This document shows positions 18,802-29,561 of a stretch of 38,728 nt of DNA, one piece after another. The notes under the pieces are model-generated. The model was not told the DNA's origin. It worked only from the letters and a program-made list of their open reading frames with translations, and made no database searches. Numbering within the stretch: position 1 is the stretch's first letter; the number at the start of each line of letters is the position of its first letter. Origin of the DNA: an uncultured Spartobacteria bacterium. GTDB lineage: Bacteria > Verrucomicrobiota > Verrucomicrobiia > Chthoniobacterales > UBA6821. A program made the position numbers and the translations under genes. The DNA is taken from positions 1 through 38,728 of the forward strand of contig CAIZIQ010000021.1 of the NCBI GenBank assembly GCA_903933015.1. Reading direction: 5' to 3'.

Positions 18802-19322
18802 GAATCCCCTTCGCCCCCTTCACCATCTAAGCAGCGCACCAGACACTCCTGGATGAAGGCGTAGAAATTCACCTGCATCAGAGCGATCCCTCGTGCATCG
18901 GAAAGATCGGGAAACGATTCATGGGAGAGATCCGCCTCGGTGAATCGATGCTCACCGACTAGGGCGAGTCGCAGCGCATTCAGCGTGGTGAGCCACGCGT
19001 CGGCATGTCCGAGGGGAATCTCCAGGGAGGCCCCCTTCTCCTCGCCTACCTTTTCATCCTGTTCCATGGGCTCCGTCATCCTCTCCAGATCAGCCGCCAC
19101 CATCGAACGCTCCGTCTCGAAATGCCTCCGCAACTCCGGCTGCACATGGTCCTCCCAATCGAGGCGAAGATCCTCATCCTCGCCGGGCGAAGGAAGTAGC
19201 CTTTCACTCCCCTCCGGACAGCGCTCCCAAGGATCGACCGCCACCGCGCGTAGCAACTCCACCAGCAGAGGATGAATCCCCGTGAACAAGGGGTTCCCGT
19301 GATCGTTGATCTCGAAAATCAT
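18798..19322 (-). CDS. DUF2017-like protein
   Basis: RLLPSP...DW...V.PEL...ADAWL..LN.LRL.L...FY..IQE.LV; directly downstream of clpS as in the actinobacterial clpS-DUF2017 pair. Confidence 0.72.
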   Translation of the reverse strand: MIFEINDHGNPLFTGIHPLLVELLRAVAVDPWERCPEGSERLLPSPGEDEDLRLDWEDHVQPELRRHFETERSMVAADLERMTEPMEQDEKVGEEKGASLEIPLGHADAWLTTLNALRLALVGEHRFTEADLSHESFPDLSDARGIALMQVNFYAFIQECLVRCLDGEGGEGDS

Positions 19323-19334
19323 GCGTCCAGTTCC

Positions 19335-19622
19335 CTAGGAAGATTTCTCAAGAGTCGCCAGCAGGAGGTAGGTATGGAGCTGCTGCACATAGAGCTCAGC
19401 CTGCTCGCGCCCCCCGCTCCAGACCACCGAACGTCCCTTCACATGGACCTCCATCATGTGCTGCTCAGCGCGTTCACGCGTCCAGCCGAAGATCCTGCGG
19501 AAAACCATCGAGACATAGCTCATCAGATTGACCGGGTCATTGTGAACCACGACAAGCCAAGGGAGATCCAACGCCTCCGCAAGATCCGTCTCGGGTGATT
19601 CCAGAAGATCGGGATTCGCCAT
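19335..19622 (-). CDS. clpS: ATP-dependent Clp protease adaptor ClpS
   Basis: PWLVVVHNDPVNLMSYV..VFR.IFG...A...M.EVH.KGRSVV..G.RE.AE.YV.QLH. Confidence 0.96.
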   Translation of the reverse strand: MANPDLLESPETDLAEALDLPWLVVVHNDPVNLMSYVSMVFRRIFGWTRERAEQHMMEVHVKGRSVVWSGGREQAELYVQQLHTYLLLATLEKSS

Positions 19623-19624
19623 GA

Positions 19625-20215
19625 TCAGACGACTGAGATGGGGGCCGAAAAATCTTCCCGCCCGAGAATGCCTAGGATCAGGAAACGCGAGATGTCTCGC
19701 CCGTCGAGCCCTGAACCCATTCCCTCCTGCAGAAGATAAGCCCCCTCCATGACACGCGGAGGAAGGCTGAAAAGTGCGGCCCGGAGAGCATGGATCACGG
19801 CCAGGTGTCCCGGGGCATCTCCGGCGAGCACCATCGCGCGATAGCGTTCCAACATCCGGTCACCACGCGGTGGTAGAAGCCCGCCAATGAGACGCTTTCC
19901 CTCGGTGCGGCTCTGTAGGGAGAGAGACTTTGGGAGGAACGCCTCCAGCCGACAATCAATCCCGGCGATCTCCAGATTCCCTCCCTGGGAATACTCTCGG
20001 CGCACATCGGCCATGGCGGAGCGGATCGCAGGGGAAAAGAGTGCGGCATTCCAATTCACTACCGAGGCCGCCACGGGGCCACGGACTTCGAGGGTCACCT
20101 CACCCACGGCATCGAGGAAGGGATTGCACAACTCCGCCGCACGCACGATCACCCCGAGATCACTCCCGGAGTCGACCTGCTCCTGCTGGATGGCGACTTG
20201 GCTCCCTGAACTCAT
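19625..20215 (-). CDS. Hypothetical protein, possibly UreF-like fold
   Basis: Operon-spaced ORF; ID..L.A......SR..GKRL and PGHLAVIHALRAA segments resemble UreF-family patterns. Confidence 0.5.
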   Translation of the reverse strand: MSSGSQVAIQQEQVDSGSDLGVIVRAAELCNPFLDAVGEVTLEVRGPVAASVVNWNAALFSPAIRSAMADVRREYSQGGNLEIAGIDCRLEAFLPKSLSLQSRTEGKRLIGGLLPPRGDRMLERYRAMVLAGDAPGHLAVIHALRAALFSLPPRVMEGAYLLQEGMGSGLDGRDISRFLILGILGREDFSAPISVV

Positions 20216-20228
20216 GAGCCGAAAGCTA

Positions 20229-20660
20229 TCACAGACCGCGAAGCGCGGCCTTTAAAATCTCCTCCTGCCGGGCATGCATGATCACCCTCTCTTTTTTGCT
20301 CAGGTCATCGTAGCCGAGCAGATGGAGCAGACCATGGATCGCACAGAGGGCCACCTCGTGGTCGGCGGGATGACGAAACTTCTTGGCATTAGCCGCCGCG
20401 ATCGGAACCCCAATCAGGATCTCACCATGCTCGAAGGTGATCACATCGGTCGGCGTCGGATCCTCCAGGAACTCCCCGTGCACCTTGGCGATCGCCGCCT
20501 CACCCAGCAGCGTGATCTCAACCTCGGATGGAAGCTCCAGCCCCTTCTTCCTCGGCTTCTCCAGACACATAGGCAACGCCACTTCCACAATCCGCCGGAT
20601 CTTCGGCAGATCGACCTTCACCGCCCGCTGACGGTTGGCCCAAGTGAGAATGGGGAGCAT
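20229..20660 (-). CDS. ybeY: rRNA maturation endoribonuclease YbeY
   Basis: PTDVITF..GEI.I...HGLLHLLGYDD...M..RQE. Confidence 0.96.
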   Translation of the reverse strand: MLPILTWANRQRAVKVDLPKIRRIVEVALPMCLEKPRKKGLELPSEVEITLLGEAAIAKVHGEFLEDPTPTDVITFEHGEILIGVPIAAANAKKFRHPADHEVALCAIHGLLHLLGYDDLSKKERVIMHARQEEILKAALRGL

Positions 20661-20686
20661 TAGAGGATTTGAATATGGAACTCAGG

Positions 20687-21071
20687 AACTCAGGAAGGGG
20701 AAAAAAGAAGAATATCGCGCAGAGGCGCAGGGGCGCAGAGAAGAATTCCAAGGAGAAGGCTGTTAAGGCTGAAGACAACCAAGCTTGTGGGTACAAGCGC
20801 GGAAGACTGACGAAGTCAGCCCCGAAGGGGTGGCACTGTCCGCCGAGAGGCGGATGCCATCAATTAGGCTGTTAGGAAGGCAAGAACCAAGCGATTGGGA
20901 CCGCCGAGTGCTGGGAGGCACGGCGTAGCCTGTGCGATAGCACAGCCCGGTAGGGCGAGGTGAGCGGGAGCGAACGAGGCAAGTCGCTCGGAAGACCGTG
21001 ACAGAGTCGCAACCCGCGGGGCGGCACCGCTTGCCGGGAGGCAAGTGCCGTCAACTCAGGAAGGGGAAAAA
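20687..21071. repeat. Hairpin-rich non-coding element bounded by a 19-bp direct repeat
   Basis: AACTCAGGAAGGGGAAAAA at 20687-20705 and 21053-21071; internal palindromes CTGAC-GAA-GTCAG, CCCC-GAA-GGGG, TCCGCC-GAGA-GGCGGA, GTGC-GATA-GCAC, GCCC-GGTA-GGGC, CGGCAC..CTTGCC-GGGA-GGCAAGTGCCG. Confidence 0.7.
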
Positions 21072-21171
21072 GTATCTCGATCAGCCAACTCGTGAGCCCT
21101 TTGGTGAGAGAATCTAACCTACAGCGAGATTGTTTTAGGAGATTGGGCCTCTTTTACCTACTTTGGATTGA

Positions 21172-21501
21172 TTGAAGGATGCGATCATACTTTTCTCGGC
21201 CATCTCATTTTTGGCTTACGGGTTGGGCTGTTTTACTTCCCAGCACCTTAAAAAGGAGTTTGTGCGCTTCGGATTCTCCGCTCAGCGCGGGCTGATCGGT
21301 TTGCTTCAGATCTGCGGAGCCCTCGGAGTGATTGCAGGGCTATGGTTTCCCCTTCTTGGGAAGGCGGGGGCAGGAGGACTTGCCGTGATGATGTTTGTCG
21401 GGATCCTGGTGCGCATCAAAATCCGCGACAGCCTGCTTAAGACCATGCCGGCGGTTCTCTACTTTCTGGTGAACACCTACCTGGCGCTCTTCGCCTACTA
21501 G
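21172..21501 (+). CDS. DoxX-like family small membrane protein
   Basis: EFVRFG...IGLLQICGALG...GLWFP...GLAVMM..GI.VRIKIRD...K..PA; TTG start. Confidence 0.8.
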   Translation: MKDAIILFSAISFLAYGLGCFTSQHLKKEFVRFGFSAQRGLIGLLQICGALGVIAGLWFPLLGKAGAGGLAVMMFVGILVRIKIRDSLLKTMPAVLYFLVNTYLALFAY

Positions 21502-21507
21502 GTTCCC

Positions 21508-21870
21508 CTACAGCGCCGCGATCAGCAGAGACAACCCAAGCATTGCCAAGGAGGGCCATGTTTTCTTGAAAGGGTCTTTGACCTTCAAATGCATGGTGAA
21601 GGCTCCCGCCATCAGCACTGCCAACCCGAAAGCTCCAGGGATCACTAGGATGGGAAACCAAATGCCAACCAGCAGTGCCAGTGCGCAGGCGATCTTCAAG
21701 ATCCCCACCAGGTAGAAGAACCAGACAGGCAGCCCATAAGTGGCAAACTCCTCCTTCAGACTCTTGGCTTCACCACCGCGGTAGCCAGTCGACTGGTTGG
21801 CCCGGAGGAGCCACACATTGAGAATCCCAAGACCCACCACGACCTGTAAAACGATGCGAAGGAGTTCCAT
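21508..21870 (-). CDS. DoxX-like family small membrane protein
   Basis: NVWLLR...YRGG.AKSLKEEFATYGLP.W...LVG.LK...LAVLMAGAF.MHLKVKDP.KK..PS; ATG 21870 chosen. Confidence 0.85.
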   Translation of the reverse strand: MELLRIVLQVVVGLGILNVWLLRANQSTGYRGGEAKSLKEEFATYGLPVWFFYLVGILKIACALALLVGIWFPILVIPGAFGLAVLMAGAFTMHLKVKDPFKKTWPSLAMLGLSLLIAAL

Positions 21871-22041
21871 AACTGCAACTAACGCCACACACCCTGAAAA
21901 GGAAAGGGGAAACGACGAAAGATCTCGCGCGGAGGGGCAGAGAACGCAGAGGATAGAATGAACGATCCGGAAGGAATTACTTGATTCTGCACTTATCCAG
22001 ACCAAGCCTGAACAGCTGACTATTACACCATTAACCGCATC

Positions 22042-22740
22042 ATGATCCGCTGGCGCTGCCTCTTTCTGGTCTATTCAAGAATTGATGTTTCATTGTCACG
22101 AAACCCTTTCTTCCGAAAAAGGTTTGTTCATGAACTGCCAGACGAAGAAGTTAACAATGCAGTTGATTCATTTAAGTCTTTCCCGGCACTTGTCTCTGAT
22201 GTGACGGAACAACAGGCGGGAATTGACTTCGAAGTCATCCACAGCAAGAGGCCCCTCTCAAGCCTCACAAAGATAGGCAAAGACTGTTGGTGGCCATCTC
22301 CAGTAGATGTAGCTGAAGAGCTAAATGATTTTTCCAAACCAGGAAAACACCATTCTATATTTGTCTTCTGGCCTCAAAATAACCTTCAAATAAATAAGTC
22401 CATAAGATCTGCAGGTTGGGGACTCGGCATGGGCGGATCTGCATCTTCAATGGGTGCTACGTATGCTTCAGTTGCCAATACTCATTCTCATGTATGGAAA
22501 ATTCCTTTAGCTGGAGAAGTTTGGCTGCATGAGTGGCTACATGGGGTTTGTTACTATTTCACCCAGTTAGGCTTTAAAATGCCTGATGGCGATGCAGATG
22601 GAGGAGGGCGGCATGGTTACATTCAATCCCCTGAAACTGGTTGGACTGATTACTATCGGGATCTCATGAACGGTAGGGTTTTGGAAGATGGTGAATTAAC
22701 TGGTATACCCAAGCATGCTTGGAGACTCCCGATACAATGA
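22042..22740 (+). CDS. Hypothetical protein with HExxH zinc-metallopeptidase-like motif (low GC)
   Basis: 232-aa ORF containing GEVWLHEWLHGV; codons visibly more AT-rich than neighbouring genes. Confidence 0.7.
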   Translation: MIRWRCLFLVYSRIDVSLSRNPFFRKRFVHELPDEEVNNAVDSFKSFPALVSDVTEQQAGIDFEVIHSKRPLSSLTKIGKDCWWPSPVDVAEELNDFSKPGKHHSIFVFWPQNNLQINKSIRSAGWGLGMGGSASSMGATYASVANTHSHVWKIPLAGEVWLHEWLHGVCYYFTQLGFKMPDGDADGGGRHGYIQSPETGWTDYYRDLMNGRVLEDGELTGIPKHAWRLPIQ

Positions 22741-22748
22741 GATCCCAT

Positions 22749-22849
22749 AGGCTCGCAAGCTTGGATGGAGAGCAAGGCGGGCAAGCGAAGCTGTGTGAAT
22801 CACACTGCGAGCGCAGACCAACGAAGCTATCCGCCAAGATCGCGAGCCT
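22749..22849. repeat. ~100-bp element with terminal inverted repeats (MITE/REP-like or bidirectional terminator)
   Basis: AGGCTCGC-AAG-CTTGG-A-TGGA-G-AGC ... GCT-A-TCCG-CCAAG-ATC-GCGAGCCT between convergent genes; internal GTGTGA-A-TCACAC palindrome. Confidence 0.65.
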
Positions 22850-22852
22850 CCT

Positions 22853-26611
<3,759 letters not shown>

Positions 26612-26673
26612 AGTCAGAAAAGGAACGAATCAGGGAGATTGGAGAAAGGGGTGCCACATGATACGGATTTGGC

Positions 26674-27345
26674 ATGCGGGACGCCACAGAAACGATCGAG
26701 ATCGGGGGAAAGAAGCTCACCATGTCCCTACCGCCTTCCTATAGCAGGGAACCCGCGAGCCGCCGCTTTCCCTGCGTTCTGGTACTGACTCCCGGCCTGA
26801 AGGCTGACACAGCAGTTGCCTCCCTTCATGCCGAAGGAGTGCTGCCGGAAATGCTGGTGGCGGAAATCACGGAAAGCGATCCCGCCGCTCCCATCATCAA
26901 TCCGGTCGCTATGATGACGGAGTTGGCGGAGAGATTCCGCCTGCTCAATACCCCCGTGGCACGCTGGATCGGCGGAACGGGACATGATGCCATCACGGCT
27001 CTGCGCGGCATTCTGGATCACCCCGAAATCTTCGGCGCAGCCCTCTGCCTTTCAACCTCTTTCGAGGGAGTGGAGGGGGCGCCCCCCCCTCATTCCCCGA
27101 TGCTTTTGAACCTTGAGACAAAAACGACCCTCCCAACGGGAGTCCGTCTCTACCTCGACTACGGAACGGTCGGATTAGACGAATGCTACGAACCGTACCA
27201 CCGGGATCTCGGCGCCATCCTACGCGAGAAGGGATGGAAGGAGGGCCGCGAATTCCAGATCAACCGTCATCCCGGAGGCTCGCAGGATATAGCCTCCTGG
27301 CAGCAGAGAATTATCCCCGCTCTCCGTTGGCTGGCAAAGCGCTGA
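26674..27345 (+). CDS. Putative esterase-family (Fes/IroE-like) alpha/beta-fold protein, catalytically degenerate
   Basis: LPPSY...RRFP.VL, HPEIFG.A.CLS.SF, R.YLD.GT.G.D, PGG..D..SW..R...AL.WL; no GxSxG motif. Confidence 0.7.
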   Translation: MRDATETIEIGGKKLTMSLPPSYSREPASRRFPCVLVLTPGLKADTAVASLHAEGVLPEMLVAEITESDPAAPIINPVAMMTELAERFRLLNTPVARWIGGTGHDAITALRGILDHPEIFGAALCLSTSFEGVEGAPPPHSPMLLNLETKTTLPTGVRLYLDYGTVGLDECYEPYHRDLGAILREKGWKEGREFQINRHPGGSQDIASWQQRIIPALRWLAKR

Positions 27346-27363
27346 AGAAGATACTCCCGCTGA

Positions 27364-27951
27364 TCAGGCGACGACCCGAACAGCCATCCGTTGACTGGGA
27401 ACACTCCTCTCCAGAAGTACAAAGCAGGCGGCGAAGAGAAGGTCTCCCAAGAGGCTGTTCCGGAAGAAGGTCCAGGTCGGAGGGAAGCCGGGAAGCCCGC
27501 TCGTCATCGCCTGAGCCCACCCAGAGAAAGTCTGCGGGTAGCCTGCAAGACCGAGCCAACTGCCGGTATTGGTCACCAGATAAAAAACCACCGAGGCCGC
27601 AAGCGTGGAGCCAACAACTGGAAGCAAACCGTGAACTTTGCCGCGCAGGTTCCACCCGAGTCCCACGGCCATCAGGTAGCAGGGGAGCGTCCAAAGGAGC
27701 TGTGAGGAGAGGAGAGGTTCACCCAGATGCAGGTTCAGCATCGCGTCGGAAACAAGGAGAGCGGAGAGCGGAACGATCAACCCGATCCAACCCGGGAGAT
27801 AGAGCGCTCCGCACAGAGCCGCCGCCATGAGGGGGGAGAAATTCGGCAGTGTCTCGGGAGCCAGATCGGCCCGGATCACCCGGAAAAAAGTCCCGAACAG
27901 CAGGAGACAAAGGGCCAGAATGCTGGAGGAGGGACTGCGGAGGGAGATCAT
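27364..27951 (-). CDS. DUF6580-like putative transport membrane protein
   Basis: FR.......PNFSPLMAAALCGA...PL.ALLVSD...S.VFYLVTN...W....YP.T..G......GLP...FFRNSLLGDL.F; ATG 27951 chosen. Confidence 0.78.
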   Translation of the reverse strand: MISLRSPSSSILALCLLLFGTFFRVIRADLAPETLPNFSPLMAAALCGALYLPGWIGLIVPLSALLVSDAMLNLHLGEPLLSSQLLWTLPCYLMAVGLGWNLRGKVHGLLPVVGSTLAASVVFYLVTNTGSWLGLAGYPQTFSGWAQAMTSGLPGFPPTWTFFRNSLLGDLLFAACFVLLERSVPSQRMAVRVVA

Positions 27952-27981
27952 GATAAGTGGTGCTGAAGGATGAATGAAGAA

Positions 27982-28068
27982 CGGTAGCGATGTTGGCATC
28001 ACCCGACATTTGGTCAAGTCGGGTCGGCTTGGGAATGCCCGCCAAGGAGACCAGCGCCCCTCGACTGA
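27982..28068 (-). ncRNA. Candidate cis-regulatory structured RNA with pseudoknot potential (manA-motif-like) upstream of the DUF6580-like gene
   Basis: Minus strand CAGTCGAGGGGCGCTGGTCTCCTTGGCGGGCATTCCCAAGCCGACCCGACTTGACCAAATGTCGGGTGATGCCAACATCGCTACCG. Stems CTTGG/CCAAG and ACCCGAC/GTCGGGT; CTTGAC at the second loop is complementary to the 5' GTCGAG; GGCGCTG/CATCGCT can form a closing stem. Confidence 0.5.
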
Positions 28069-28072
28069 ATCC

Positions 28073-28534
28073 TTAAGGAAGTTCCCGGTTCGGTTTGGTG
28101 ATGATCTCAATCGGTTTGAGTACCTCCGCGCGAACAGGAATAATCCCGTCGCCGATCATGTCGATTTTCTTCGCAGCAACCATGCTGAGGTCGAGGATTC
28201 TTCCCTTCGCATAGGGACCCCTGTTATTGATCCGGACAACCACGCTCTTCCCGTTCCTGAGATTGGTGACACGAACCATCGTATTGAAAGGCAGGCGCTT
28301 GTGCGCAGCCGTGCAATCCGAGGCATGGTAGTGCTCCCCGTTGGCCGTCAGGCGACCGATCCAGCGACCACCGTAGTAGGAGGCCTTGCCGGTCTCCACG
28401 GCAACGGGCTTCGACTCGTAGAGAGCCAGACCGGCTCCAGGGGAGAGCTCCGGAATCACTGAGGCGCAGCCGCTCATCAGCAAGACAATCAGGATGACTG
28501 CTGCAAGCAAGACCGGCGCGGGGGAAGAGCGCAT
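28073..28534 (-). CDS. rlpA: Septal ring lytic transglycosylase RlpA family lipoprotein
   Basis: Lipobox MSGC; GKASYYG...TANGE.Y...[40 protein letters not shown]; ATG 28534 chosen. Confidence 0.93.
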   Translation of the reverse strand: MRSSPAPVLLAAVILIVLLMSGCASVIPELSPGAGLALYESKPVAVETGKASYYGGRWIGRLTANGEHYHASDCTAAHKRLPFNTMVRVTNLRNGKSVVVRINNRGPYAKGRILDLSMVAAKKIDMIGDGIIPVRAEVLKPIEIITKPNRELP

Positions 28535-28702
28535 GGCTCCATTGAAGTCACGCAGGGCAGTCAACGGCAAGTCCCCATCGTAGCCAGACACCCTCCACGA
28601 CTTTCAAAAATTCCCACCCTACAGAGAGTTGATCCTTCCTTCGATGGCCTTCAGCGTGTAGCAACTCCCCACAGGGCGTCCCTGCGCACAAGTTCCCAAA
28701 GA

Positions 28703-29335
28703 ATGTCCGGTTCCAAAAAACATCACAGCCACCATCGCCACACCCTGGGCGATGCCCTGCACTTTGCCTCCCGGTTCATCTCACGCCCCGGATCGATCGG
28801 TTCGGTCTGGCCAAGCTCGCGCCAACTCGGGGAGGCAATGATTGAAAACGTTCCCCTGAAAACCGGGGATGTTGTCGTGGAGTATGGTCCCGGAACAGGT
28901 CCCTTCACCAGCGTGCTCAGGGAGCAGATGCCGCCCGGCGTCGAATACCTCGGCATCGAGCGCGATCCGGAACTCCACCGCAATTTGGTCCGCCGCTTCC
29001 CGGGCATGCGTTTTCACCTAGGGTCGGCCGAGGAGACCCATGAAATCCTGGATCATCACCGTCTGGGCAAAGCCCGCCTCGTTCTCTCGGGCCTCCCTTT
29101 TGCCAACATGCCGGCCGACCTGCAGGGGAGAATCCTCAACTCGACGCGCGAGGCCATGCACCATGACGGGGTCTTCCGAACCTTCACCTACCTGCTCTCG
29201 GCGATGAGTCCCCGAACCAAGCATTTCAAACGACTGGTCGGCGAACATTTCCATCACCACCACGGGGGAAAGACGGTGATGAAGAATTTCCCGCCGGCCA
29301 AGGTGATGAGCTACTCGAAACCGACGAACAAGTAG
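28703..29335 (+). CDS. Class I SAM-dependent methyltransferase, phospholipid/ornithine-lipid N-methyltransferase (PmtA/OlsG-like)
   Basis: F...P..IGSVWPSSR.L...M, VVEYGPGTGPFT, G.A....., VLSGLPF, G.F..FTY, N.PPA.V. Confidence 0.82.
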   Translation: MSGSKKHHSHHRHTLGDALHFASRFISRPGSIGSVWPSSRQLGEAMIENVPLKTGDVVVEYGPGTGPFTSVLREQMPPGVEYLGIERDPELHRNLVRRFPGMRFHLGSAEETHEILDHHRLGKARLVLSGLPFANMPADLQGRILNSTREAMHHDGVFRTFTYLLSAMSPRTKHFKRLVGEHFHHHHGGKTVMKNFPPAKVMSYSKPTNK

Positions 29336-29561
29336 GTGCTTGGCAATCGGTGGTGGGATCGCGGGAGTCGGATCGAATCAGATATTCTTGGGAATCTTTG
29401 GGGCCGATCTCCTACTGTATCCCTATTACTTATCTCCGATTCCCCAAAAAGTGGCTGCCTCGCATGGTTTCGAACCTTGTGTAGGGAACTTGTGGCGCAG
29501 TCGAATTACAATAAGCTTCTTACGAATTGACCGTAAACGGATGGTTGCTTATCTGTCACAT

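Noticed and set aside
26612-26673. Cobalamin or SAM riboswitch upstream of metH
   Set aside because: The spacer is only 62 bp, is shared with a divergent gene, and has no riboswitch consensus.
27952-28110. N-terminal extension of the DUF6580-like ORF
   Set aside because: It overlaps the rlpA end and the structured RNA; the hydrophobic family-like sequence begins only after ATG 27951.
29452-29480. Second tRNA-Gln gene
   Set aside because: Only the 3' ~25-28 nt are present, with no D or anticodon arm; treated as an att-like repeat.
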